From Gemmatimonadales bacterium (GTDB taxonomy: Bacteria; Gemmatimonadota; Gemmatimonadetes; Gemmatimonadales; GWC2-71-9): a DNA stretch of 64,000 nucleotides. The DNA is taken from the NCBI GenBank assembly GCA_041615815.1, contig JBFJCP010000013.1, positions 42,704 to 106,703 of the forward strand, in the 5' to 3' direction. The translations under genes and the position numbers were made by a program. The first letter of the stretch is position 1. Each line of letters begins with the position of its first letter. Below, piece after piece: positions 1 through 10,156 of the stretch. Under the pieces are notes generated by a model. The model was not told the origin of the DNA, did no database searches, and saw nothing but the letters and a program-made list of their open reading frames with translations.

Positions 1-297
1 AACGATGCCGTTGACTCCACTCCGCGGCGTAGTGGGACCTACGATCTCCTGATGTGGGATACCTCGAAAGCGATCGGTCAGATAGACGCGTGGATCCTCG
101 GGGATTTGTGTGGTGAGATGCGCGTTCGCGTAGTCGATGGCATCCTGGAGCTTGGCAGCGTCCATCCCCAACGCTTCCGGCGCTCGCGTCTCCCACGCGT
201 CGCCCGGAGGGGGAACGTAGCTCCCGGCTTGGTCCCCTCCCGCGGCGCCTGCACAGGCAGCGAGCCATAGCGCGACAGCGGCTGTCGTCGGTTTCAG
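1..297 (-). CDS. Serine hydrolase (beta-lactamase-like family) lipoprotein, N-terminal part; runs off the window; probable CTG start
   Basis: Manual translation: (M)KPTTAAVALWLAAC-AGAAGGDQAGSYVPPPGDAWETRAPEALGMDAAKLQDAIDYA...EIVGPTTPRSGVNGIV. Lipobox LAAC; WETRAPEALGMD resembles the N-terminus of these hydrolases; AGGAG lies 5 nt before CTG297; in-frame TAA at 325-327. Confidence 0.7.
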   Translation of the reverse strand, partial: MKPTTAAVALWLAACAGAAGGDQAGSYVPPPGDAWETRAPEALGMDAAKLQDAIDYANAHLTTQIPEDPRVYLTDRFRGIPHQEIVGPTTPRSGVNGIV

Positions 298-327
298 CGT
301 TTCTCCTATCGTGGCCGAGGACCGTTA

Positions 328-924
328 TCAACCTTGCGGGCGACGCCCTGCATGCGGCCGCGTCCGCGTGCAGTACTCGATCCGGACACCCATCAGAACG
401 TTTCTCCCCGCGGCACCGATCAGTGCACTTGCCGTGGTGCTCCCCACCCGAAACGCCTGATCGCTTCTCCCCACCCGCGATCCGATGAGGGCGCCGAGAC
501 CGCCCATGACTCCGGCGCCCACCATGGCCAGCGACGTATAGCCCGTGAAGCCGCAGTCATCACAGGTCGTCGCCACGAGCAGGACTCCGCCGGCCACGCC
601 GAGACCCGCGCCGATCGCCGCGCCGGTGAAGGCGTTTCGGCGCGCCGCCTCCGGTGCGCGCGCTTGCGCGCCGATCAACGCGCCCATCGCACCGAGGAGT
701 GCTCCGCCGGCCACCGCTGCCACCAGTTGGGCGCCACCCGAGCACGGATCGGCGTCGCAGGCCTCGTTGGCGAACAGCAGACCCGCCACGACGCCGCTCC
801 CTCCACCAATCGCAGTCCCGATGAGCACCGGGGATGGGGCTCGGGCATTTTGGGACTTGGCGGGCGACCACGGAACGATCGCGACCACTAGGACTACCAC
901 CGTTGGGATGATCGTTCGGTCCAT
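328..924 (-). CDS. Hypothetical secreted/membrane glycine-zipper protein with two Cys-containing internal repeats
   Basis: GGAG before ATG924; signal peptide; two copies of a GxxxG-rich hairpin with CDADPC / CDDC ending GALIG. Confidence 0.65.
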   Translation of the reverse strand: MDRTIIPTVVVLVVAIVPWSPAKSQNARAPSPVLIGTAIGGGSGVVAGLLFANEACDADPCSGGAQLVAAVAGGALLGAMGALIGAQARAPEAARRNAFTGAAIGAGLGVAGGVLLVATTCDDCGFTGYTSLAMVGAGVMGGLGALIGSRVGRSDQAFRVGSTTASALIGAAGRNVLMGVRIEYCTRTRPHAGRRPQG

Positions 925-952
925 CGCTCCTGGCGCCTGCCGCCGCCTCTGC

Positions 953-3592
953 CTATCCAACCTCCACATCCATCACATACACGTCGCTCTCGTATTCGGT
1001 CACGGAAAAGTACACCGTGTTGCCGTGTAGGCTGAATCCAAAGGTCGGCGGCTTGGTGGGATCGTCCAGCAGCACAACGGGCCGGGGCGTGCCCCCTGCG
1101 GCAGGGATGCGATACAGCGCCAATGTTCCGGCGGTGTCGCGGCCTAGAAACAGGATTGACCGGCCATCGCTAGACCACTCGGCCCAACCCAAGCCCACAT
1201 CGATCGGAGCAAGACCGCTCGCTCGCCAGCGAAACAGCTCTCGGCTGGTACCGTCTCGCGTGAGGACTGCGAGAATCTCACCAGTGTCAACACTCAGGCG
1301 CTCCCCGTCGGGCGACCAACGACCGTAGAACCCATTCTCCGCGAGCACCCGCGGCTCTCCCCAACCACCACTCGCATCCCGCTCGATCACCCACACTTGG
1401 AACGTTTGGCGCTCAAGGGTCACCGTGTAGACAATCGTGCGACCGTCTGGCGAGAGGGATGGGTGGTACTCTTCGAGCGGACTGTCGGTAAGGCGCCGCT
1501 CGTTGCTACCGTCGGCCGCCATCAGGAAGAGGTCCCGGGTCCCGTGTCGCGTCGAGTAGAACACGATTTCGCTCCCGTCCCACGAAAAATCCGGGTGAAA
1601 GTCGTCACCCGGATCTTCGGTGAGGCGCCGTGGCTCGCCGCCATGCACCGGGACCACGTAGACATCCTGGTTTCCCTCGAGATTCGAATCGAACGCAAGC
1701 AATCGGCCATCGCGAGACACGCCGTGATTCTCGACGATTTGGTTTCCCACGGTGACCGGTCGCGCTTCTCGGATCGAGACCGCGCCAGTCGATGGCAGAT
1801 CGACGGCCCAGATGTTCCGCCGAAACGTGAAGCGCGAATAGGCGGCTACCGAACCGTCTGCAGTCAGCGAGATGGAGTGGGGATCGAGCCCCGTTGTGAT
1901 GCGAACCGGCGCACCCCGCGGACCTCCGTCCCGGTTCAACCGCACGACATAGAGGTCGCGAGGACCGTCTCTATTTGAGATGAACAGCAGATGTCTCCCG
2001 TCTGGCAACCATACCGGACTGACGTTGAGCGACCCGCCTCCCACGACTTCGATCGAATCACCGCCCGTAACCGCGGCAGTCCAGATCGCGCTGGGCCCCA
2101 CGTTGCCCAACGTCTCGAGGTCGGCGAATTGGTAGTTGCCCTGCGCGTACGCCAGCCGCGTCCCGTCCGGCGACCAGGCCACTGAATGAGGAAACGGTGG
2201 GTGTTCGACTACTAGGGTAGGCTCTCCACCATCCAAGGATCTGATGAGGATTCGCTGTCCGGCCGTGAACGCCACGAGATTCCCATGCAACGAGACCCGG
2301 CCATCGGCGCCAACGTCACGGGTGAGTCCGCCGAGCCGCGGAATCAGGTACGTTGTCCTTCGCCCATCGGGCGTGGATTCGGCGAAGAGGAGGTTGCGGC
2401 CGTCTGGCGTCCACCGAGGAGCGTATTGTGCCCCCGCCCGATCCGCGGTGAGCGGGAACGACCGTCCTCCGCTCAGATCACGTACGAAGACGTGCATGTC
2501 CATGCCGTAGCCTGCGGTATACGCGACCTCGCGGCCATCGGGTGAGATGGCAGGCTCCAACTCGAGTTCCGGTGCGCGCGTGACTTGCCGGATACTCGAG
2601 AAGGCCACCGTCGTGCCATCGGGGCGCAGCGAGGCCCACCCGAGAAACCCCAGCACTGCGATACTCACCACCACCCCCGTGATCACGGCCAGCTTGGTCC
2701 CCTGCCGTTCAAACACGGGAGCCGGCCTGATAGCGGCAGGGCTCAGGTTGGCCGCGCGAATGGCTTCGAGCTCTTTCAGCATGGCGTCCGCGCTTTGCCA
2801 CCGATCGGCCGGGCGCTTCTCGAGACACGTCATGACGAAACGCTCCAGACGCCGTGGCACCTGCGCGCGGCGCTTGCCCACGGGCTCGGGCGTTTGCGTG
2901 ATGTGCGCTGACAGCACGCTCTGGGCGTTCATGCCAGTGAACGGCGGCTGGCCCGTCAACAGCTCGTACGCCAAGGCGCCCACTGCATAGATGTCGACCC
3001 GGTGATCGATGTGACGTTCGGCGGCAGCTTGTTCGGGCGCCATGTAGGACGGGGTGCCGAGCGCCATCCCTGCCGTCGTGAGACTTCCCTCCCCCGCAGC
3101 TTCGCTCACCGCCTTGGCCACACCGAAATCGGTCACCATCCCATGGCCCTCGGCGAGCAGCACATTGTCCGGCTTGATATCCCGATGCACCAGGTTCCGG
3201 CGGTGGGCGTATGCCAACGCGTCCACCACGTCTCTGAGGATCTCCACCGCCGAGCCGATCGGGAGTTCGCCATGGCGCGCCACGCGATCGCGGAGCGATT
3301 CCCCCTCCACGTATGGCATCACGTAAAAGAGGAATCCGTCCGCCTCACCCGAATCGTGGAGTCCGAGGATGTGGGGATGCGTGAGGCTCGCCGCGATGTG
3401 CACTTCCCGTAAGAACCGGTCCGTTCCCATCGTCGCCGCGATCTGCGGATACAGCACTTTCACAGCAACGGGACGCTGGTGTTTCAGATCTTGCGCCAAA
3501 TACACGGTCGCGGTTCCGCCTCGGCCAAGCTGTCGCTCGAGGTGGTACCGGCCCCGAAGGGCGGCGTTCAGGCGTTCGAGGTCGCTGCTCAC
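953..3592 (-). CDS. Membrane Ser/Thr protein kinase with C-terminal TolB-like (PD40) beta-propeller repeats
   Basis: GRGGTATVY, VAVK, HRDIKPDN, DFG, GTPSYMAPE; one TM helix; many SPDG/WSPDG repeats; GTG3592 is the likely start. Confidence 0.93.
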   Translation of the reverse strand: MSSDLERLNAALRGRYHLERQLGRGGTATVYLAQDLKHQRPVAVKVLYPQIAATMGTDRFLREVHIAASLTHPHILGLHDSGEADGFLFYVMPYVEGESLRDRVARHGELPIGSAVEILRDVVDALAYAHRRNLVHRDIKPDNVLLAEGHGMVTDFGVAKAVSEAAGEGSLTTAGMALGTPSYMAPEQAAAERHIDHRVDIYAVGALAYELLTGQPPFTGMNAQSVLSAHITQTPEPVGKRRAQVPRRLERFVMTCLEKRPADRWQSADAMLKELEAIRAANLSPAAIRPAPVFERQGTKLAVITGVVVSIAVLGFLGWASLRPDGTTVAFSSIRQVTRAPELELEPAISPDGREVAYTAGYGMDMHVFVRDLSGGRSFPLTADRAGAQYAPRWTPDGRNLLFAESTPDGRRTTYLIPRLGGLTRDVGADGRVSLHGNLVAFTAGQRILIRSLDGGEPTLVVEHPPFPHSVAWSPDGTRLAYAQGNYQFADLETLGNVGPSAIWTAAVTGGDSIEVVGGGSLNVSPVWLPDGRHLLFISNRDGPRDLYVVRLNRDGGPRGAPVRITTGLDPHSISLTADGSVAAYSRFTFRRNIWAVDLPSTGAVSIREARPVTVGNQIVENHGVSRDGRLLAFDSNLEGNQDVYVVPVHGGEPRRLTEDPGDDFHPDFSWDGSEIVFYSTRHGTRDLFLMAADGSNERRLTDSPLEEYHPSLSPDGRTIVYTVTLERQTFQVWVIERDASGGWGEPRVLAENGFYGRWSPDGERLSVDTGEILAVLTRDGTSRELFRWRASGLAPIDVGLGWAEWSSDGRSILFLGRDTAGTLALYRIPAAGGTPRPVVLLDDPTKPPTFGFSLHGNTVYFSVTEYESDVYVMDVEVG

Positions 3593-3766
3593 GTGCCGAA
3601 AGATGCCGGCGACGGATGGGTGGAGCAACCAGCTGAGCCGATCGTTTTCATCCCTGCTTCATGCCCAGTTCACCGCATGATCGCTAGGCTCCGCCACAGC
3701 GCGGCGTGTGGACGGAAGCGCGGTCAGACCGGCGGTCCCGCCGCCGGCGGAAGTGGGGAGGTGTTT

Positions 3767-4423
3767 ATGAAAAGAACCATCATGTCAGCTGCGCTAGTTG
3801 GGTTGCTCATCGCTGTCTGCGCCAACACGGCGTACGCTCAGACCGTATGGCTGGGTGTCAAGGGTGGCTGGAACAATGCAACGGTCCACGTCGAACGGGC
3901 TGAGGGTTTGGATTTCGATCACATCAACTCGTTCCACGTTGGCGCGCTCATGGGAGTCGACGTGCATCCCAGTTTGGCCATCGAGCTGGAGGCACTCTAC
4001 GGGCGGAAGGGCTATGGCGTCAGTGCCGTGGATATCGATGGTAAGACCGAGGCCGGCTTTCTGCAGCTGCCGCTGTTGCTGCGGGTGAAGATCCCGACTC
4101 GGGCGGGTCCGGTGACGCCGCATCTGTTCGCCGGCCCAGCCGTGGGGTTCGAGCTGCACTGCCAGGTCTCGGGCACGGAACTCGGGGTCACCGTGGATGA
4201 GTCCTGCGATGATTTCGATCTCGAGCGCAAGAAGGTGGACATCGGCGTGTTGTTCGGCGCCGGATTGGGCATCGCTGCCGGACCGGGGAGCGTGCTCCTC
4301 GACGTCGCATACGACTTAGGGCTTCGGAATCTCAACGACGATCCCATTGGGGACGAGAAAATCCAAAGCAGGACGTTCTGCCTGTCAGTGGGATACATGA
4401 TTCCGATCGGGGGGCGACGCTAA
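3767..4423 (+). CDS. PorT-like outer-membrane beta-barrel protein
   Basis: GGAGG RBS, signal peptide, GVKGGWN..., LQLPLLL, FAGP, C-terminal aromatic strand LSVGY. Confidence 0.85.
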   Translation: MKRTIMSAALVGLLIAVCANTAYAQTVWLGVKGGWNNATVHVERAEGLDFDHINSFHVGALMGVDVHPSLAIELEALYGRKGYGVSAVDIDGKTEAGFLQLPLLLRVKIPTRAGPVTPHLFAGPAVGFELHCQVSGTELGVTVDESCDDFDLERKKVDIGVLFGAGLGIAAGPGSVLLDVAYDLGLRNLNDDPIGDEKIQSRTFCLSVGYMIPIGGRR

Positions 4424-4491
4424 CACGTCAGCAATGCGGTTCTCAAGCAGCAACGCGCTTCCGTCCGCACCGCGCTGACTGGGTGCGAACA

Positions 4492-4616
4492 GGGTCAAAA
4501 GGTCAGAAGGCCGGAAGGTTGGAAGGTGGCTGGTTCCTGGAAGTCGGAACGGGCCTTCCAGCCCATTGGCCTCTTCCGTTCCCTCCGTCCGACTTCGCTC
4601 GTTCCCAGACTTCTCA
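4492..4616. repeat. Degenerate 8-mer tandem array plus inverted counterpart, no gene inside
   Basis: AAGGTCAG AAGGCCGG AAGGTTGG AAGGTGGC, then CTTCCAGC...CTTCCGTT...CTCCGTCC GACTTC, between convergent genes. Confidence 0.65.
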
Positions 4617-5279
4617 CCGTCCACCGCTTCTCACTCGTGCTTCGACCTCTTCCAGCGCCGCTTGGCATTCCTCGAGCGTCACCGTCGATCCGTCCAACGG
4701 CTCGCCGTTGAACACCGTCACCGACGAAAACGGGAGTGGAAACGTGAAGTGCACCGGCCATCTGATGGTGAGCGAGGGACGGCCGTTTGTGATGAGCGGG
4801 ACCACCCATGCCCCGGTGGCGCGGGCGATGGCGGCGATGCCGGGTTTCACTCGCCGATAGGGGCCGCCCGCATCGGGAATCAGCCCGATGTTGCGCTTAC
4901 TCTCATTGATCATCTGAATGATCTGATCCCTGGGCCGCACTGGTGACTTGCGACGGTAGATCCAAAGACGATAGCCAAACCGCGCCCCGGTTCGCTGGAG
5001 CATACGAGAGAGCAAACCGTCGTGACCGATAGGCGTGGGCGTGAGGGCCGGCGGCGCGTCACGAAAGGTCAAAAAAATCATTGGTTCGTACGCATGCCAC
5101 GAGTAATAGATGATGGGCCGCCCGGTCCCGGTCACCCGTTCGAGCAGCCGTTCGGCCGGTGGATCCCACCGAACGCGCGCCGTTCGCCACGCGGGGTAGA
5201 TCCACAGCGTCAGCGCAGCATTCGTGACCAGCGTGAGTGGATGAAGCAGACGTTGGTGCCACGCGGTGTCATGCGGCAC
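4614..5279 (-). CDS. DUF374 / lysophospholipid acyltransferase-like protein (start uncertain, 5279-5381)
   Basis: IIYYSWH, IPDAGGPYRRVKPGIAAIARATGAWVVP, PLPFS motifs. Confidence 0.75.
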   Translation of the reverse strand: MPHDTAWHQRLLHPLTLVTNAALTLWIYPAWRTARVRWDPPAERLLERVTGTGRPIIYYSWHAYEPMIFLTFRDAPPALTPTPIGHDGLLSRMLQRTGARFGYRLWIYRRKSPVRPRDQIIQMINESKRNIGLIPDAGGPYRRVKPGIAAIARATGAWVVPLITNGRPSLTIRWPVHFTFPLPFSSVTVFNGEPLDGSTVTLEECQAALEEVEARVRSGGR

Positions 5280-5408
5280 CGCGGCAAAGGACACCCGGCC
5301 ACGGCGGCGCGGTGGCGACGCATCGCCGACGCGGTGCGTATCGCCGTTCCCTTCCCGTCCATCGCTCGGTCGAGCTTCCATCCAACCGTTCTTCCCCTTC
5401 CGTCCTTC

Positions 5409-6665
5409 CTACTTCTGTTCTTGGTCGTATCTGTCCCTCGTCTTGGGCCGCCGATCGACGGCTACCTGGCCGTTGGTGATGACGACCAGCACGTCTTGCA
5501 GGACGCCCACGTCTTCGAGCGGATTCCGGTCCACCACGATCAGATCGGCCTCCAGCCCCGGCCGGATGGCGCCCGTCCGTTCGGCGATGCCGAACAGCTC
5601 AGCGGCGAGACTCGTGGCTGCTCGGAGGGCATCCCATGACGAAATGCCGAGCTCCACGAAAAATCCCACTTCACGCGACACCCGCGCGTAACTCTCGGGA
5701 CCGTAGTTGGTGTCGACGCCGGTGACGACGGGGATCCCCAATTCGTAGGCTCGCTGCACCACCGCGCGCCTCCGTGGTGCCATGAACTGACCTCGCAGAA
5801 ACAAGCGCGGATCGGCATAGTCGCCCGGCTGCCCAAATGATGAGATGGAGCTCAGCGTGGGCACGAGATAGGTACCTCGTTCGCGCATCAGCCGGAGCGT
5901 GGCTTCTGTAGCAAAGGTGCCGTGCTCGATACTGCGGACCCCGGCCAACACGGCGGCTCGGATCCCCTCGTCCCCGTGCGCATGGGCCATGATGGCGACA
6001 CCGCCCCGCCGCGCCTCAGCCACGATCACCTGCAGTTCTCGTTCCGAGTATACCTGCTCCCGCGGATCCGTGTCCGGACGCCCGGCCCGCTCGGTGCCTC
6101 GGGTCTTCATCCAATCCACGCCGTGATCCAGGTTCACCCGCACCAGCCTCTGAATGGCCTCTTCGGTGCGCACACCGTCTATGAGTGGAAAAAGCCGCTC
6201 GTCGGCCAACACGGCGTCCGCCACGTCCGGCTGCACGTAGACCCCGGTGGCAAGCATATCCGGTCCGGGAAGCTGCCCGCTTCTGACGAGTTCCCGAATG
6301 GCGATATCCTCATACCCTCCCACGCCGGCCGTTCGGATCGTGGTCACACCGGACTCCAACGCCCGGCGAACCCCTGCGAGATCATTGACATGGCTATGGG
6401 CATCCATCAGCCCCGGGACGACCCAAGCGCCCCGGACGTCGAGCACCATGGCCCCGGCTGGGGTGGCCACCGGCTCATCCGTGATTCGAGTGATCGTACG
6501 GCCCGTCACCACGATCGTCTGCCCACGCTTTGGAACCGAGTCCAGTCCGTCGAGCACGTTGGCGTGCGTAATCAACAACGTGGGGGACTCCTGAGCCGTC
6601 GCCGCACTGGCGAGCAACAGCGAGATGCCAAGGCTCACAGCGAGCTGCGCACATGGTCGAATCAT
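5409..6665 (-). CDS. Secreted metal-dependent amidohydrolase (Xaa-Pro dipeptidase-like)
   Basis: Signal peptide; PGLMDAHSH, AHAHG, SIEHG, GVD, GAIRPGLEADLIVV. Confidence 0.9.
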   Translation of the reverse strand: MIRPCAQLAVSLGISLLLASAATAQESPTLLITHANVLDGLDSVPKRGQTIVVTGRTITRITDEPVATPAGAMVLDVRGAWVVPGLMDAHSHVNDLAGVRRALESGVTTIRTAGVGGYEDIAIRELVRSGQLPGPDMLATGVYVQPDVADAVLADERLFPLIDGVRTEEAIQRLVRVNLDHGVDWMKTRGTERAGRPDTDPREQVYSERELQVIVAEARRGGVAIMAHAHGDEGIRAAVLAGVRSIEHGTFATEATLRLMRERGTYLVPTLSSISSFGQPGDYADPRLFLRGQFMAPRRRAVVQRAYELGIPVVTGVDTNYGPESYARVSREVGFFVELGISSWDALRAATSLAAELFGIAERTGAIRPGLEADLIVVDRNPLEDVGVLQDVLVVITNGQVAVDRRPKTRDRYDQEQK

Positions 6666-6765
6666 CGTGGCACTCCGAGAGAGATCGACTGAGATACTAC
6701 GGGAAGGCTGGAATGATGGAAAGACGAATCGGATTACCGAAATGGGACCGTGTCGGACGGCTCCT

Positions 6766-7440
6766 CTATTGGCGTGGCGCCACTGGCAGACTGGGTTCAC
6801 GTGCGGCCAGATGCCGTACGAACCACGCAGCGGCGACCCGGGCCGCTTCCTCCAGCGTGCCAGGCTCCTCGAAGAGGTGCGTCGCGCCCGGAACCACCGC
6901 GAGTTCGGACGGTCCCCCCAGCGCCGCCTGCGCTTCCTCGTTCCACTCCAAGACCGGATGATCCAACGCGCCCACGATCAGGAGCGTGGGCACCGTGACA
7001 CGGGCCAATACCGGCATCGCGAGATCGGGACGGCCACCACGCGACACCACCGCGTGGATGGGATACGCAGCACGGGCTGCCGCCGCCAGCGCCGCTGCAG
7101 CGCCTGTGCTGGCGCCGAAGTAGCCGATGGGGATCTCAGGGAACTGTTCGCGAACCCACCCGGTCGCCTGGAGGAGGCGTTCCGCAAGCAAGGCAACGTC
7201 GAAGACCTTCGCACGATCGCGCGCTTCGAACTCGGTGAGGAGATCGAATAGCAACGTTCCCATCCCCCGCTGCTGCAAGACTTCGGCGACGTAGCGATTG
7301 CGGGGACTGAGGCGACTGCTGCCGCTACCATGTGCGAACACCACGATCCCGTGCATGGGCGCCGGAATCGCCAGTGTGCCCGGGAGCCTCATCGCACCAG
7401 CGACGATGGTCACGTCTCGGTCCCGTACCGCTCTCGCCAT
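6766..7440 (-). CDS. Dienelactone-hydrolase-like alpha/beta hydrolase
   Basis: FAHGSGSSRLSPRN, GYFGASTG, SRGGRPDLA, ATHLFEEPG. Confidence 0.9.
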   Translation of the reverse strand: MARAVRDRDVTIVAGAMRLPGTLAIPAPMHGIVVFAHGSGSSRLSPRNRYVAEVLQQRGMGTLLFDLLTEFEARDRAKVFDVALLAERLLQATGWVREQFPEIPIGYFGASTGAAAALAAAARAAYPIHAVVSRGGRPDLAMPVLARVTVPTLLIVGALDHPVLEWNEEAQAALGGPSELAVVPGATHLFEEPGTLEEAARVAAAWFVRHLAAREPSLPVAPRQ

Positions 7441-7447
7441 CCTGCCC

Positions 7448-8119
7448 TCACTTTGCCGCGGTCGCAGGGTGATAATGTGCCTCGCGTTCGAGCCGACTCC
7501 GTTTGAGTATCCGGCTTACGTCCAGATCCGTCATCTGTCTGAAGTCCTGGTAGTAGACGCCCACGGCGGAGAAATCCGTCGGGGTCTCGAGACAGACGAC
7601 CTCGTCGGCGCGTTGCCGCACCTTGTCCAACGATTGCGGGGGTGCCACGGGGATCGCCACGATCACACGGTCCGCCTCGAGACGACGTACCGCGCTTATG
7701 GCTGCGAGCATTGTGCTCCCGGTTGCGATCCCGTCGTCGACGAGAATGACGGGCCGCTCTCCAACTCGGAGTGGTGGGCGGTCCCCACGGAACCGCTGGG
7801 CGCGATCCTTGGCATCGCTCCGCGCCTGTTGGACGGCAGTCTCGACGTACCATTCCGGTACCCCGAGCAGCGCGATGATCTCATCGTCCAAGACAACGAC
7901 ATCGGAGGTCACCGCTCCGATGGCCAGCTCGGGTTGCATCGGAGCGCCAAGCTTCTTGACGACCAGAACATCCAGCGGGAGGGCAAGGCCGTGGGCCACT
8001 TCAAAGGCCACCGGCACGCCACCGCGGGGGAGAGCCAGGACCAGCGCATCCGAGTCGCGAAAGCGTTCCAGGACTGCCACCAGTCGCCGACCGGCTTCGC
8101 AACGATTCGCAAATATCAT
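7448..8119 (-). CDS. Phosphoribosyltransferase family protein
   Basis: LALPRGGVPVA, VILVDDGIATGSTM PRPP-binding motif. Confidence 0.92.
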   Translation of the reverse strand: MIFANRCEAGRRLVAVLERFRDSDALVLALPRGGVPVAFEVAHGLALPLDVLVVKKLGAPMQPELAIGAVTSDVVVLDDEIIALLGVPEWYVETAVQQARSDAKDRAQRFRGDRPPLRVGERPVILVDDGIATGSTMLAAISAVRRLEADRVIVAIPVAPPQSLDKVRQRADEVVCLETPTDFSAVGVYYQDFRQMTDLDVSRILKRSRLEREAHYHPATAAK

Positions 8120-8203
8120 GGTCACCCCCCACTTCACCGTCATAATATCGGTCCTCGGTGGTGAAGGAGGGGTGAAACACGCGTAAAGACCGAGAAGGAG
8201 GGA

Positions 8204-9658
8204 TTACGCCGGTACGATCCTCAACACCCGCCCATCGTCCATGAGCACATAGAGCTCGCCAAGCGCGTCCAGGCCAAAGGACACGACCCCACCCACGCCA
8301 GTGAGCCACTCGGTCTCATCCACCACCTGACCGTTCACGTATCGGAAGCTTCGGATCCACTGCTGGCACCAATCGGCATAGAAATAGTGTCCCCGAAGCG
8401 AGGGCATTGCACCGCCCCGATACGCGTACCCACCGGTCACCGAGCCTGAGCAGAACCCAGACTCGTCGTGCGCGTATTCGACTGCCGGCATGGTGAGCCC
8501 GAGCCCGGTAGGATCGCAGTTGGGTGGACTAAAACACTGCGAACCCTCGAGGATACGCCACCCGTAGTTGACGGGGGCGGCGTTTGCCGGCTGGGCGTTC
8601 ACTTCTTCGATCGAGTTTTGCCCCACGTCGGCAATGAAGATCAGATCTTCCACTGGATCGAACGCAATCCGCCAGGGGTTGCGGAGGCCGTATGCCCAGA
8701 CCTCGTCGGCACCTGTGGGATCGTCCACGAACGGATTGTCGGCAGGAATGGCGTAGGGATTCGCCCCATCAACATCGATCCGGAGCAACGAGCCCAGGAG
8801 CGTGCCCGGGTTCTGGCCGTGATTGGCGGCGTCCGCGCCGGTGCCGCCGTCGCCCAGGGCGACGTAGAGCATACCGTCCGGACCAAACACGAGATGTCCC
8901 CCGTTGTGCTCGTCATCGGGCTGATCCACCGCGAGGATGGTCAATGCCGAGGAGGCGTCCGCCACGTTCGGATCGCTCGACACGGTGTAGCGGACTACCT
9001 GAGTAGCGTCATTGAGGTCCGTGTAATTGACATAGAAGAACCCGTTGGTGGCGTAGTCAGGATGAAATGCCATGGACAAAAGCCCCTGTTCGAAGCCCGC
9101 CGACACCTGCCCCGAGAGATCGAGGAACGGCGCCGCCAACAGTTGTCCGTTCTCGATGATTCGGACCTGCCCGGCCTTCTCCACGACAAACAAGCGCGTG
9201 GCATCCCCCGGGGGCGCGGTGAGGTCGATGGGCAGCCCGAATCCGTCCATGACGAGGACGAAGCCGATGGCGCCCGTCCCGACTTGTGTGACGTTGATCG
9301 AGGCGTTTCCCGTCTGCCCCTCCACGGTCGCCGTGATCGTGGTGGATCCTGCCGCCTCGCCAGTCACGATCCCGGTGTCGTCCACAGTGGCCACATCCGT
9401 GTTGTCACTCGACCAGGCAACCGAGCGGCCCGACAAGACGTTGCCCTGGGCGTCCCGCGCCTGGGCCATGAGCTGGACGCTGCCACCCACCTGGATCGTG
9501 GGAGAGGCCGGAGAGACGGTCACCGACGCCACCGGAGCGGTACCGCCTCCACCATTGCCGTTCCCGTTGTCGGGGTCGGTGGTGGTGGTGCAGGCGGCCT
9601 GTGCGGCCAGAACGATCAGGGCAACGGTGGCGAGCCTGATAAAGGACTCCGTGCTCAT
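8204..9658 (-). CDS. PQQ-dependent sugar (glucose/sorbosone) dehydrogenase family lipoprotein with Ig-like Big_2 domain
   Basis: Lipobox QAAC; WSSDNTDVATVD Ig motif; HNGGHLVFGPDG, GLRNPWR, DVGQ. Confidence 0.9.
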   Translation of the reverse strand: MSTESFIRLATVALIVLAAQAACTTTTDPDNGNGNGGGGTAPVASVTVSPASPTIQVGGSVQLMAQARDAQGNVLSGRSVAWSSDNTDVATVDDTGIVTGEAAGSTTITATVEGQTGNASINVTQVGTGAIGFVLVMDGFGLPIDLTAPPGDATRLFVVEKAGQVRIIENGQLLAAPFLDLSGQVSAGFEQGLLSMAFHPDYATNGFFYVNYTDLNDATQVVRYTVSSDPNVADASSALTILAVDQPDDEHNGGHLVFGPDGMLYVALGDGGTGADAANHGQNPGTLLGSLLRIDVDGANPYAIPADNPFVDDPTGADEVWAYGLRNPWRIAFDPVEDLIFIADVGQNSIEEVNAQPANAAPVNYGWRILEGSQCFSPPNCDPTGLGLTMPAVEYAHDESGFCSGSVTGGYAYRGGAMPSLRGHYFYADWCQQWIRSFRYVNGQVVDETEWLTGVGGVVSFGLDALGELYVLMDDGRVLRIVPA

Positions 9659-9725
9659 TCGGCGGTTCGTCAGTTTCGGGCGTGGAAAGTGGACGCGTAC
9701 GTTGGGAAGGAATCAAGGAACGTGC

Positions 9726-9741
9726 CGTGACCGGGGTCACG
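9726..9741. promoter_or_regulatory. CRP/FNR-like operator candidate
   Basis: CGTGA-ccgggg-TCACG dyad about 70 bp upstream of the dehydrogenase start. Confidence 0.45.
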
Positions 9742-9868
9742 ACCGGACGGAAGGCTGGCCAACTGGAAGGCTGGGCGCTGCGAAGGTCGCGCGGTTGGAT
9801 CGAGGACCCGGCCAGCCGATCACCCAGGGCGTGCCCCTCGCAGCGCCGAACCACGTTAATATTGAACC

Positions 9869-10156
9869 ATGGTCCCGATGCTCTTGGCCGCCTACATCGA
9901 GTCCCGACTGCCCGGGATCCTACCGGTGCGGGCACCCGTACCGATGGTCCAGGTCTGTGAGCGCGCCGACGACTCGCTCGCACGGCTCGCCGCCTCGTTC
10001 GAGATGGACCCCGCCCGGATGGGAGCCGACCATCCACCCTTGGGCACGTCCGGCACGGCAACGGTGACCACGGTATCCGTGGAGCCTCCGACGAGCGACA
10101 CGTCACCCGGTGGTCCCCGCGGGCATGCGTGGACCTTGTTTGCTCAGACGGCGTAG
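9869..10156 (+). CDS. Possible hypothetical protein
   Basis: ORF fills the gap; no recognisable motif. Confidence 0.3.
   Translation: MVPMLLAAYIESRLPGILPVRAPVPMVQVCERADDSLARLAASFEMDPARMGADHPPLGTSGTATVTTVSVEPPTSDTSPGGPRGHAWTLFAQTA

Noticed and set aside
52..270. Plus-strand 72-aa ORF
   Set aside because: It is the shadow of the minus-strand serine hydrolase.
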